NCBI GenBank assembly: GCA_951406725.2
Contig: OX597816.1
Coordinates: forward strand, 158,720,001 to 158,784,000
Length of the DNA stretch: 64,000 nt
Direction: 5' to 3'
From: Octopus vulgaris
Lineage: Eukaryota
The first letter of the stretch is position 1. Every line of letters starts with the position of its first letter. A program made the position numbers and the translations under genes. The notes below the pieces were generated by a model. That model searched no databases. It saw only the letters and a program-made list of their open reading frames with translations, and was not told where the DNA came from. Below, piece after piece: positions 11,154 to 24,472 of this stretch.

Positions 11154-12119
11154 TTTTTAGCATCATACGCTCCAATGGCATGAATGGTACCACTGGAATG
11201 TGTTTCCAATGACTGTTAGGATTCTATTGGTCCATAGTGTAACACACTTTGTCTTTTTTATGGAATTTCATGTTATTCAGGCAGTTACCACATCTAGCCA
11301 GAAGCAACTCTAGCTGCAATAATCATGCAGTGTCTATTCTCTTTTCTATTAACCACTTGCCGAGAAATATTTGTTCTTTGTTCTCACCTCCAGTCTTCTT
11401 TTCACATGTTTCTATTATCCATGCACCTACATAAATACAGATAGAAAAAAACCACCTGCCTAGTTACGTATATAGTGTTGGAATCAGTCACAAAAAAAAA
11501 GCATTGAACCAAAACAAGAAAGGAAAGAAATGTTTTACAAGGAGTGAATTAGATGTTAGACTATCAGCTTTTAGGTTAGAATTTCATATTCAACTATAAA
11601 CAGGTATATCACTGTGTCAGTAAATACGACAGTTAATTTTGTTGTCTAGGTTTACATACCAGTACGTGGTGTATTTCCTATAGACTAGCATCATATCTAA
11701 ATGTTGTGTTATTAATGACACTTAAAATTAAGGCAATCACCGCAAATGTAATCCGAGTCAAACTAATAACCCTTACTGGCCTTCACAGTGTGATACTAAT
11801 ATCCACTTTTTCAATTCATTTGTTATAAACAAGTAAAGAAACCAACCACAAAAAACATACACTCCTGAAAAGAAGTGTCACTAATCTGCTTTTTATTACA
11901 GAAAATGGGAGTTAAACGCCAGCGCAGATATAATTCACTTACTAAATTCTACATGGTTTTTTCAACTGTACAATGTGAAAGCCTAATTTCCTAGTTTTTT
12001 TCTTTCCTTTTTTCAATTAACTTTTTCTTGATTTTTTTATTAGGCAATGTTACATACATGCACATTTATATAATAATAATAATAATCATCATCATCATCG
12101 TTTAATGTCCGCTTTCCAT

Positions 12120-12390
12120 AATAATAATGATGAAATTATTGTATACAGTGCTCAGGTGCACCACAACTTGTCAGGAGTGCATATAAACCATATGAAGTAA
12201 TGTACAAATGTCTGGGAAGTGAAGAGTGTATGAGTCAGATACATGCTTGCATGTGTATGGAGGGGAGAAAATCAGGTGTAGTGTTGGCAAATCTCAGGAA
12301 GCATGGAAGTTTTAAAGGATGCAGTGATATGACAACTAAAAACTGATGCCAGCAGTTTGTTCCATACTTCAGCAACTCTTAGCGTAAAAA
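12120..12390 (-). mobile_element. CR1-clade LINE 3' end
   Basis: FTLRVAEVWNKLLASVFSCHITASFK... (the RVxxxWNxLP motif), with an (ATT)n tail. Confidence 0.7.
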
Positions 12391-12550
12391 GTATATATAA
12401 GCATATAATATACATAAGCATATATACACACATACATGCACACACACACACATAAACACACATATATGTATATAAACACATACATACACACTTGCATATA
12501 CATGCACACAAATGTATATACATATATGTTTGAGTATATGCGCATATCAT

Positions 12551-12954
12551 AGGCACAGGTATGGCTGTGTGGTAAGAAGCTTGCTTCCCAACCACATGGT
12601 TCTGAGTTCAGTCCCATTGCATGACACCTTGGGCAAGTGTCTGCTACTATAGCCTCAGGCAGTTCAAAGATTTGGGAGACAGAAACTGAAAAAAGCCTGT
12701 CATTATATGTGTGTGTGCGTGTGTATCTATATGTGCTTGTGTGTGGTTATGTCTGTCCCCCACTCCATCACTTGACAACTAATGTTGGTGTATTTAGATC
12801 CCTGTCACTTAACAGTTCAACAAAAGATATTGATAGAATAAGTTCCAGGCTTTTAAAAATGAAATACTGAGGTCAAGTCATTTGACTAAAAGTCTTTAAG
12901 GCAGTACCCAGTATTGCTGCAGTCAAATTAGTGAAACAAGTAAAAGATAAAAGA
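12551..12954 (+). mobile_element. SINE family A (tRNA-derived), diverged
   Basis: tggctgtgtggtaagaagc...gagttcagtccc head, then ttgggcaagtgtc body and the family 3' end. Confidence 0.8.
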
Positions 12955-13449
12955 TGTGTATGTACACACACACACATACGTGGTTTTTGCATGTGTGTCA
13001 TAAAGCTATTTCCTACAATGGCAACATCATAAACTCCACCTATTAAATTTATGTAAAAATAGAAAGAAGTGAGTAAATAAACAAGATAGTAAAATTTTTA
13101 GATTAGAATCTGGAATATTCAGCAAGTCTCATGATTAACAGAAAATCTATTGAAGGTTTCCCTTCTAAGTTCTTGAGTAAGAACAGTGCCATGGAATGAT
13201 TGAATTTTGATGCTCTGAAATATGATGGTAGTCAGCTCTAAAATTAATATGCACACGCACGCACACACACACATTTATAAATAAACATGCGCACACACAT
13301 GAGTAGGTGAATGAACAAAAGAAAGTAGCACTCAACACATTTAGTTGGAGTTACAGGTGTTACACAATATGGTGAATCACCTTCACATTATTTAAAAGTT
13401 CTATGGGCATAGAAATGCTCACATCATCACATGATAGAAATCAATATGA

Positions 13450-13451
<2 letters not shown>

Positions 13452-13486
<35 letters not shown>

Positions 13487-13509
13487 CAAACACATATATA
13501 TATACATAT

Positions 13510-13540
<31 letters not shown>

Positions 13541-13567
13541 CACACATACATATATATATATATATAT

Positions 13568-13598
<31 letters not shown>

Positions 13599-13625
13599 CA
13601 CACATACATATATATATATATATAT

Positions 13626-13668
<43 letters not shown>

Positions 13669-13703
13669 TATATATATATATATACACACACATATATATA
13701 TAT

Positions 13704-13734
<31 letters not shown>

Positions 13735-14021
13735 CACACATATATATATATATACACACACAAACACATATATATATACACACACAGACACATATATATA
13801 TACACACACACACATATATATACACACACACACATATATACACACACACACACATATATATACACACACACACATATATACACACACACACACACATATA
13901 TATACACACACACACATATATATACACACACACACATATATACACACACACACATATATATATACACACACACACATATATACACACACACACATATATA
14001 CACACACACACACATATATAT

Positions 14022-14054
<33 letters not shown>

Positions 14055-14161
14055 CATATATATACACACACATACATATATATATACACACATACATATA
14101 TATATACACACATACATATATATATATATATACACACACACATACATATATATACATACAT
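13452..14161. repeat. ~700-bp (TA)n/(CA)n compound microsatellite
   Basis: Alternating tata/caca blocks; source of the 240-278 aa spurious ORFs. Confidence 0.97.
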
Positions 14162-14162
14162 A

Positions 14163-14355
14163 GCCTGAAATTTGAGGAGAAGGGGTTAGTCAATTACATC
14201 GACCCAGTACATAACTGGTACTTATTTCATCGATCCTAAAAGGATGAAAGGCAAAGTTAACCTTAGCAGAATTTGAACTCAGAATGTAGCGGCAGATGAA
14301 ATACTGCTAAGCATTCCACCCGGCATGCTAACAGTTCCGCCAGCTCACTGCCTTA
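14163..14355 (-). mobile_element. SINE family B
   Basis: aaaggatgaaaggcaaagtt...atttgaactcagaa...ttccgccagctcactgcc. Confidence 0.75.
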
Positions 14356-14829
14356 AAAAAAAGATAATAATGAAATTATTATGTATAGTGCTCAGGTGCA
14401 CTTATTGAAAACATTTTTACAAAAAAATGTCAAAAATGGAAAGAGTTGTATGCTGCAAAATGGAGAGGTTGAAGGCTGGCTGGCCAAATTTTTTTTTAAA
14501 GAAATGAAAAGACAGGAGTGGTTGTATAACTAAGAAGCTTTCTTTTCATTTGTGTGGTATGAGTTCAGTTTCATTGCATAACACCTTAAGGAAGTGTCTT
14601 ATACTACAGCCCCAGATCAACCAAATTCTAACATTGCATTGCTACAATGGATTTCAATAAAACTATTGTACAACAAACAAAAGAAAGACCATTCAGGGTC
14701 TATTTATTCATAAAAAGTTATTGATTTACTAAATCATTATTTGGATTTCTTACTATGTGTAATCAATTAGGCATCAAGAGATGAATAAGAATTGTGTATT
14801 TTTATGTGTGCATATTAAGTATATTGACT

Positions 14830-15130
14830 ACAGGAGGTGGAGAAGTTTACCTATCTTGGCTCTACCGTCACCTACAACCTATCCCTTGAAGCTGAGCTCA
14901 ATATACGCATTGGCAAAGCAGCTGCTGTGATGGCCCAACTCTCCAAACAGTCATGAGACAACAATAAGCTGACCAAGACTACAAAAATGAATGAAGATTT
15001 ACCAGGCATGTGTACTTAGCACTCTACTGTATGGAAGTGAGACTTGGATGCCATACACATGCCAAGAGTGTCGCCTAAATATCTTTCACCTATGCTGCCT
15101 CCGGAAAATCCTTGGCATCAAATGGCAGAA
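14830..15130 (+). mobile_element. RTE-clade LINE ORF fragment (C-terminal to RT)
   Basis: QEVEKFTYLGSTVTYNLSLEAELNIRIGKAAAVM...KIYQACVLSTLLYGSETW...RLNIFHLCCLRKILGIKWQ, with disruptions. Confidence 0.85.
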
Positions 15131-15199
15131 GGTTATCTATCTATCCCTCTTTGTCTATCTGTTGTATGTGTCTCTTTAACTCTGTCAGGTCGCACATGC

Positions 15200-15505
15200 G
15201 GGACATATTTCGCATTACTCTGATGAGGTCTGCCATTGATGTACAGAGGGACGATGAAGTAACAAGACAACGATGTATGTAGGGGAAATGGCACGGAGCA
15301 TAGGAGAGCATGTAATTGAACATTGGAGGTTGGAAGGAACTTAAGGAAGAGAAGAGCTCATCAGTTCTGTACCAGCACGCCGAGTAGGAACATGGGGGCT
15401 CACTCAACAGCATAGAAGTTAAAATCTTGTCCACACATAGAACAGATGCAACGCTTAGACAAATTACAGAAGCTACACACGTAATAGAAGATAAACCTAG
15501 CATCA
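15200..15505 (+). mobile_element. Penelope-like element GIY-YIG endonuclease fragment (decayed)
   Basis: EVCH*C...TMYVGEMARSIGEHVIEHW, frameshift, then KSSSVLYQHAE*EHGG...VKILSTHRTDATLRQITEATHVIEDKPSI. Matches the PLE GIY-YIG motifs YVGET, H...H and RxxxEAxxI...PxxN. Confidence 0.75.
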
Positions 15506-15839
15506 AGGTGAGCAAAATCGCAGTCATGGCAGATATCAGTGTCACGCAAATTGGCACCTGTGCTGATGGCACATAAAACCACACCGGTGTTATGCAAATG
15601 TGCCAGTGACATATAAAAGCACCCATTACACTCTCAGAGTGATTGGTGTTAGGAAGGGCATCCAGCTGTAGAAAACCATGACAAGTCAAACTGGATTCTG
15701 GTGCAGCCTTCCAGCATGCCAGCCTGGGCAAACTGTCCAACCCATGCCAGCATGCAGATCAGACATTAAAATGATGATGATGATGATAATATATATATAT
15801 ATATGTTGGGCTATGAATTTTAATATAAGAAATACTGAC

Positions 15840-15884
15840 CTGTATGCAATGTAAAAAGAATAACAACTTGAGACTGAAAATCAT
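15840..15884 (-). CDS. Possible alternative first coding exon (3' part)
   Basis: ATG at 15884, MIFSLKLLFFLHCIQ, then donor ATACAG|gtcagt in phase 0. Supported only by the splice signal and phase. Confidence 0.25.
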
Positions 15885-16052
15885 AACAAATCTGCTTGTG
15901 GGTAGAAGAATAACAACACAGTGCTTAGAGAACAATCACTGGTATCAGGTTTACTCAGTAAGTGAGAGGTGAATGGTTCATTTCCTCTCTGTAGCTTCAT
16001 TGGTTTTCATGCTATCTTGTTATTTACAAAGGGATTTCATTTAGTAGGAGGG

Positions 16053-16094
<42 letters not shown>

Positions 16095-16530
16095 CACACA
16101 CACACATACATAAACGCATGCAAGCATAGAGATTCATATAACTAAATACAGGCTATTGCACTTGAAGTGTTAAATTGAAAATTATTTTTTGATCATTTGA
16201 AATTATAGCAGTAATGAGAAGAAAATTCATTAGCGTTAATGAAATCTCTTCTCACAAAGGCCAAGGGAGAGAAATGCTGGAACTTCAGTAAACCCAAAAT
16301 TAAATTAAATTATACAGTTGTGAAGGAGGTAATGAATTTGAACTTTTGTGGTGATGATGATGATAACAAAGATAATAATAAAATTTTGTTGTTTACTTTA
16401 GAAAGATGCAAATAAAATACCTGACAACATTAATATATTGTCATCATCATTTAACATCCAACCTCTCTAAGGGCTGGACAGTTTTGTTAACTCAAATTAA
16501 CTGGAGGGCTATGTTGAACACCATGGTATT

Positions 16531-16563
<33 letters not shown>

Positions 16564-16694
16564 GTATGGGCTAGTATATATATATATATATATGTTGCAG
16601 CTTATAAATGAAAGGAGATAGCACTCAATAATGGTATACAGTTTTATTGAAATATCTATCTATATGTGTATGTAGAGAGATATTTGAATAATGT

Positions 16695-16746
<52 letters not shown>

Positions 16747-19135
16747 CTGTGTGTTTGTGTTTGGATACATATGTGTGGGTCTATGCATAAGTGTTGCTGT
16801 ACCTAGCAAGGATCTTTCTTTCTCTCTCTCTCTAACACACACACACACTGCTAATACCTATGTAGGAACAATGTGTCAAAAGGAAGCTGTCTCTGGATTT
16901 CTGATTAAGGACATTCAAGGGGGTCTGGCAAGGGTCTGGTAGGAGGAAAAGGACTTTATAGTAGTTCTGATTGGTTGTTTTTTGTTTTTTACTGTTACTG
17001 TTGTTTTTCTTTTATCCCTTCACCTGACCCCACTACAACTATTACCAATGCAATCACCCCACCCCCAGCCCTTACAGTCCTTGGTGACAAGAGATTTCAA
17101 GAGATTCTCTAAAGAATAGACAAGTAGTGATAAGAGGTGACTGAGAATCATTGGCGACATATTTAGGTAGGTAATATAAATGTCACATAACACTGATGAG
17201 AGAGGGAGGGAGTGAGAGAGGAGAGATAGAGATAAAGAGTGGAGTAAGTTCATAGACACATGCAGTGCCAAAGACCCTTAGCTGGAACCAGAAGGTTAAG
17301 TTCTTTGTGACCCAAGTCTGGGTCAGCAAACTACATATTTTAACCAACATTTTCATGGATTTTGATATTCAATTTTTTGTTTTGTTTTTGTTTCTTTTTT
17401 TTTTTTTTAGATTCATTGATGTTGAAAGGAAGTGCAAGAGCACTCCCTCCACACCATCATCATTACACTGCTCCCTTGCTTTGAAGTAAGTGAAAAGATT
17501 TAATGTCCTTGTGATAAACATAATATCTTGTGATCACTGAAAAGTCTCGGTTAATAAGTGCAAAGAAATACTGTGGCACCTAAGTGGAGTTAAACAGCTA
17601 TATCAACGTATCTTTTTGTGTTTTTGTTTTTTCAGTGCAGGGACATGAAATGCATGATCTAACATGCACACATACACACACACACGCACACTCACACACA
17701 CGATAAATAGAGTTTTTACATATGGCACTCCCACAGCAATATCAATTCTATTTAAATTAATATAATTCGTTATATTTATTTAAAAGCTACAGATAAAACA
17801 TATTAAAATACCATTGGGTTTATAACTTATGTGACACTATGTATGTATGTATGTATATATATATGTGTGTGTATATATGTGTGTGTGTGTGTGTGCATGC
17901 ATGTAAATCATCATCATCATTGTCTTTAGGTACTACAACAACACACACAGACACACACATTTGTGTGTGTGTGTGTGTGTGCGGGCTAATTGCAGTATCA
18001 GTGTCTGTAAAGATGCTGATGTTCTATATATTGTGGCATGTAGTGACCAGTGCTTCCCACTGATGAGGTCTGATAGGCTAAAATCACACAATACAGGAAT
18101 TCCAGTGCCCATAACAGACAATTCTCATCTGCTATGATCTATATGTGTGCTTATATGCACCAAGCACCTATATGAGAGGATCTCTCAAGTCTAATAATGA
18201 TGCAATATTTGGTGTTCTAATAAGGCTTCCATGTTAAGGTGGATATATATATATATCATCATCATCGTTTAGCATCCGTTTTCCATGCTAGCATGGGTTG
18301 GACGGTTCTACTGGGGTCTGTGAAGCCACAAAGCTTCATCAGGCCCAGTCAAATCTGGCAGTGTTTCTACGGCTGGATGCCCTTCCTAACGCCAACCACT
18401 CCGTGAGTGTAGTGGGTGCTTTTTACGTGCCACCCGCACAGGTGCCAATTACTTAATAGAGGTTATTTCTCTTAATTATATACATATACTATATTTTGTG
18501 AAATTTGATTTAGAATTGCTAAACTGAATTTTTCCCTGTAAGTTTGGAATTTTATATTCCCTACTATTATTAATAATTATATATATATATATATATATTG
18601 ACAGATATGTTAATAAAATGTACACAATTACAAACGTTCAATTTTCCATGCTTGCATGGGTCAAATGGAATTTGTTGAAATGGATTTTCTACAGCTGGAT
18701 AACCTTCCTGTGCTCAAGCCTTACTTGTTTCTAAGTAATGTAATATTTCCATATGATGAAACATCTTTTCACAGAAGATTAAAAACAAACACCACCACTT
18801 ACATACTGGTGACACTTGTTTACAACTAATGTGAGATGTCAAGGCAAGGAGACAATCTCTCACACACACACAGATTTTCCACTCACAAAGCTTTAGTCAA
18901 CCTGGTGGGGATAGAAGAAGACACTTGCCCAAGGTGCCATGTAGTGGGACTGAACCTAAAACCATGTACTTGAGAAGCAAACTTCTTATCAAGCAGCTGT
19001 GCCTATGCAATATATGTATCTATACATGCATGTGTGCATGTAATACACACACACACACACGTGCGTGCAAGGTATGGCAGAGGTGTAAGTATTACAAGAA
19101 ATACACACACACAGGTATGGCAGGAGGTGTATGTA

Positions 19136-19368
19136 GGTGGAGAGCTGGCAGAAACGTTAGCATGCCAGGTGAAATGCTTAGCGGTATTTCGTCTGCCGCT
19201 GTGTTCTGAGTTCAAATTCCACCAAGGTCGACTTTGCCTTTCATCTTTTCAGGGTTGATAAATTAAGTACCACTTATGCACTGGGGTCGATGTAATCGAC
19301 TTAATCCATTTGTCTGTCCTTGTTTGTCCCCTCTATGTTTAGCCCCTTGTGGGTAATAAAGAAATAAG
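19136..19368 (+). mobile_element. SINE family B, well preserved
   Basis: ggtggagagctggcagaaacgttagc...gcctttcatc...agccccttgtgggtaataaagaaata. Confidence 0.85.
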
Positions 19369-21138
19369 GAGGTGTATGTAGTACAAGAAATACATACACA
19401 GAGGTATGGCAGGTGGTGCAAGTAGTACAAGAAATACACACACATACGTGCACATGCACTCACACATGCACACACACACACACACACATATACGTGCACA
19501 TGCACGCACACATGCACACACACACACACACGTGTGGCAGAAGTGTAAGTAGTATAAGAAACATAAAAGCCATGCAGAATCAAACAGAAGTTATTTTCCT
19601 GTTCTTTAGTAAAGCAAATACAAATATATTCTATGTCGTAAAGAAAGAAATTTTAATTAACTGTAATCATACCATTGTTAATGAGAACAACCATTATCTA
19701 TTTAGGAGTTTAAAAAAAAGGGGGAAAAAAAGCATGGAAGACAACACTGAAGTTTTAATTAATAAAAATTAATTAAATATAGAATGCAGTAGGGAGGAAT
19801 TCAAAACTTTAGAAGTGCAGTGACAACTCTAAACATGTTTCAGACTTAGTGAACCTCTTCAGTCAAGTAGAGTCAAGCTTTTACTGTAGATCTTAGAATG
19901 ATTAAAGATGTGTATAGGACTTTTATGAATGAACACTTAAGGGTGTTATAACTTGGAAGAATGACTAGGGGAAGAAAACATTCAGGAGTATACTACCATT
20001 TTAATATCCACTTTTTCATGCCTGCATGAATCAGATGGAACCTGTTCTGACAGATTTTCTGTAGTTGGATGCTCTTCCTGTCATTAACCCTAATTTGTTT
20101 CCAAGTGTGGTAATATCTCCTTAAGGCTGGACATGTTTGCATACAAGACTGATAAAAAAAGACACTGCTTGTATGATGGTGAGACTCATTTACAGCAATC
20201 ATGTAATATCAAGACAAGGAGGCACTAACATATACACACAGACACACACACACAAACAAAAGGCTTATTTCAGCTTTCATCTATGAAATCCACTTACAGG
20301 GCTATACTAGAAGACACTTGCCCAAGGTGTCACACAGTGGGACTGAACCTAGAACTAGCTGGTTGGCAAGCAAGCTTCTTAACCAAACTACCTCACCTGC
20401 ACCTATATCTGATATATCAGAAAACTTATGAGAAGTGGACGCTAGTGCATTTGACTACTGAGGAGGCTTAATAAGACTGGAACATACCCAAAATGGTCAT
20501 CACACAGCTAATGATTAGACCTATTCCCCATTACAGTCAATATATAATGAATCTTAATTAATTAAAATCTAAGATTTGCCCTGGAGCTTTGTTTTCGATT
20601 TCAATAAAAATTAATCAAGTAGATAATGAGTGTTCTCATCAGGAAACATGTAATTTTAATCAAAAATTCTCAGAGTATTAGATCAACTATGCATGCACGC
20701 ACTTCACTATTAATTTTTCATACACCAGATATCCCAAGGCATTGCCCCCCTCTCCATCATAAACTGATTATGGAGTTGAGTTTCTGTACCCTAAACAGTT
20801 ACTATTTCAGTACAAACAATTTATTAACCACCATGTGTTGACAGCCACTGTTGATCTGATCCAGACCCCACATGTGTGTAACTGTGTGTGTGTGTGTGTG
20901 TGTGTATGTGATATGTTAATTAGCAAAACCCTAATGAAGACAAGTAGCTCATAAGGGCATCTAAAAATGAAATTTGGATCAGGGTTCATAATATGCTTTT
21001 TTGATATATGTGTTGTGTGAATTTTTCAAAGGTTTTTAATTCTGTTATAACTTCTAATTTAGATAGGTTTCTTTAGTATCTGATGATGATATCAAATGAT
21101 GTTGATCTATTAAGTTTTCTTGTGAGATATATACATCT

Positions 21139-21293
21139 CAGAAGTGGCTGTGTGGTAAGTAGCTTGCTTACCAACCACATAGTTCTGAGTTCAGTCCCAC
21201 TGCATGGCAGCTTGGGCAAGTGTCTTCTACTATAGCTTCGGTCTGACAAAACCTTGTGAGTGGATTTAGTAGACGGAAAGTAAAAGATGTCCG

Positions 21294-21339
<46 letters not shown>

Positions 21340-21560
21340 GTATGTTTGTATGTTTGTGTGTTTGTCCCCCAACATCACTTGACAACCGATGCTGGTGTGT
21401 TTACGTCCCTGTAACTTAGCAGTTTGGCGAAAGAGACTGATAGAATAAGTACTAGGCTTACAAAGAATAAGTCCTGGGGGCAATTAGCTTGACTAAAGGT
21501 GATACTCCAGCATGGCCACAGTCAAATGACTGAAACAAGTAAAAGAAAATTAAAGAAAAG
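21139..21560 (+). mobile_element. SINE family A, full length
   Basis: tRNA-like head, internal (TA)n and 3' gactgaaacaagtaaaaga. Confidence 0.85.
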
Positions 21561-21615
21561 AATATATATTCTTCAGCTACAAGCTTGTTCTATATTCCAT
21601 TAGAATTCATTTCAT

Positions 21616-21660
<45 letters not shown>

Positions 21661-22115
21661 CTGTGTGCACAAGTTGTAAAATTGTTACATACAATAACAG
21701 AACAACCATCATGAACTTGCTCTATTTTGATTATATGACAATAGAAAAGCAATGTAATCATTATCTAAGTATAACAAAAGTAATCATAACTTGCATAGAA
21801 TAAAAATGTAATATACATGTTTAAAGCATATTTAAACCTGTTCCCAAGTAAAAACAGCATATATAACCCAAATTCTCAGCAACTGGTATTGCAGTTGTTA
21901 GCTTTTCATGGCAGTGATGCAAACTTGTCCCGTGTGTATTGTAAGAGAGAAAGACTGCAGCTATTAATAAACTAACTGAACAGGACATTTGCTAGTCTAA
22001 ACCTGGCAACCAGTCAGCTTTGATTGGAGTTTATTTTTCTCATGCTGGCAAGGGTTAAATGGGTCGTTATGGTCTGCATCATTTTGCATACACAACAACA
22101 GAGAAAAAAAACCAT

Positions 22116-22276
22116 AGGTGTAAGAGTGGCTGTGTGGTAAGTAGCTTGTTTACGAACCACATGGTTCCGGGTTCCGTCCCACTGCGTGGCACCTTGAGCA
22201 AGTGTCTTCTACTATAGCCGACCAAAGCCTTGTGAGTTGATTTGGTAGACGGAAACTGAACGAAGCCCATCGTGTG

Positions 22277-22310
<34 letters not shown>

Positions 22311-22529
22311 GGTATATGTTTGTTTATCTGTGTTTGTCCCCCCAACATCGCTTGACAACCGATGCTGGTGTGTTTACGTCCCCGTAACTTAGCGGTTCGG
22401 CAAAAGAGACCAATAGAATAAGTACTAGGCTTACAAAGAATAAGTCCTGGGGTCGATTTGCTCGACTAAAGGTGGTGCTCCAGCATGGCCACAGTCAAAT
22501 GACTGAAACAAATAAAAGAGTAAAGAGTA
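22116..22529 (+). mobile_element. SINE family A, full length and young
   Basis: Near-consensus copy with CpGs retained. Confidence 0.9.
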
Positions 22530-24429
22530 ATCTAATTTTGGTATAGTGTTTGACTTGCAGTGTAACCCAAATGCATATTATCCTGACACCCAAATAGTGG
22601 TTGTTCTAGGTAAGGAGGACTGAATAGTCTTACTTTGCTCTAGAGGTACAGTACTCCTAAATGAGTACCTCGAGGTGCAACTTGTGGAATTTTCCTTCAG
22701 TTATATTTTCTATTTAAGACATGTTTTCTATGGCTAGATGTCCTTTCTTATCATCAACTATTTTACAGAATGTACTTGGTGTATTTTATTGGTACTAGAA
22801 ATGTTGTGTCATATGAGGGGGTCTAAAAATTATCCACTACTTTATATCAGTTCACCTTCAGAGTTATTGTCCTCCTGGACAGCAAGCCAGAGATGTAGCA
22901 CATGGAGCTCACACCTGTCACTATACAGAAAGGGGAAGACCTTAACTGCCAAATGGTGGAGGCATATGATGGTGATTTGATGCAGCTTAGGATAAAGGTT
23001 GCCTCCATGATGTGGGTAGGGATAGCAAAAGAAGGGTTGTAAAAGTATCCTAGGTGACTTGGGGTGAGGCTGTCTTTATAGTGCTACATAGAAGGACATA
23101 TTAAGAAGTTCTTGAGAAGCCACAAAAAAGTTGTCATGTGAATAATTATAGACAGGGAGAGGATGCAAAGCAATATTTTCTGGTTTTAGCCCATTGATAT
23201 AATAAATAACAGAAACAGAATATAATTAATCAACAGGAATTCTGTTGTGTTCATGCTTTGTTATTAATTATTGTAAAAGCATGGCTGAGTGGGTATCTTC
23301 TGAGCAGTCAGAAGTGAGGGTATCTTATGGGCAGTTACAAGCGTGGTTACCTTCTGGGCAATTAGAAGTGTGGGTATCCCTATTGGGGGTGGAGGGATGC
23401 ATATCAAGATTTTCTGAAGGAACATTTTTTTATCTCGTTGAGTTAGAAAGGAAGAGTGGAATGTATCTACAAACCAGAGACCTGACTTGAATGCTTGCAA
23501 CAGAGCATGAATCTGCTAAAGACACCCAAGGTGGCAATAAACTGGGTGACAGATTAAGTGTACCGACCAAGAAAGCCATGGCAAAACTTGAAAAAAAGTT
23601 GTTGCATTTGACAATAGGTCACCAGTGAATGCACCAACCCACAATGCACTGAAAGTAAATTATTTATAACACAAAACATCAACTTGCTTGTAAATAGTAT
23701 ATATGCATACACACACTGAAGGACTTAAATGGTGAATTTTAAGAATGAACAAGGAAGACAAGGTAACCTAGGTTTTATAGCAAAACACACACACCACCCT
23801 TGTGTGTGTGTATTTTATATTATAAAACCTCACTTGTCTTCTGCTATTCTTAAAATAGTCTTCAAATAATTACGTCCACCGAAAATATTCAGTTGCTTTC
23901 CTTTAGCTATAGAATCAAGCAAAGCAGTATATAACTGCTTCTTCACCATATCATCATCATCATCATCATTTAATGTTTATTTTCCATGCTAGCATGGGTT
24001 GGACGGCTTGATAGGAGCTGGCAAACCAGAGAGCCGCACTGGGCTCCAATTATCTGTTTTGGCATGGTTGCTACAGATGGATTCCTTTCCTAACAACAAC
24101 TACTATAGAAAGTGTACTGGGTACTTTTATGTGGTACCATCACCCACGCTTTTTATGTGGCACCAGTCCATAATGCACTTATACTAATATTTATAAAACT
24201 TAACATTAACTTCCATTATTGTCATCTATGGCATTCTTGCTCCATTTTTGGGATATATATAAATATATACCTATAAAAGCACCCACTACACTCTCGGAGT
24301 GGTTGGCATTAGGAAGGGCTTCCAGCTGTAGAAACTCTGCCAGATCAGATTTGAGTTTGGTTTGCCAGACCTCAGTCAAATCGTCCAACCCATGCTAGCA
24401 TGGAAAGCAGATGTTAAATGTTGATAATA

Positions 24430-24472
<43 letters not shown>

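Noticed and set aside
10325-13040. Other minus-strand exon-like segments (~10460, ~11388-11426, ~12981-13039)
   Set aside because: Splice-like signals exist, but the phases do not join the 7263 exon and there is no protein similarity. They cannot be told from chance without RNA data.
13403-14239. 242-278 aa ORFs on both strands
   Set aside because: Translations of a (TA)/(CA) microsatellite.
15220-15260. In-frame TGA codons in the GIY-YIG fragment as selenocysteine (as in Naiad PLEs)
   Set aside because: The TGAs are not at the Cys positions (C-H-*-C), and the fragment also has a TAG and a frameshift. Decay (for example CGA>TGA) is simpler.
22116-22190. tRNA genes at A/B-box motifs (also 61775, 28250)
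   Set aside because: These are SINE heads continuing into repeat bodies; no complete cloverleaf is seen.
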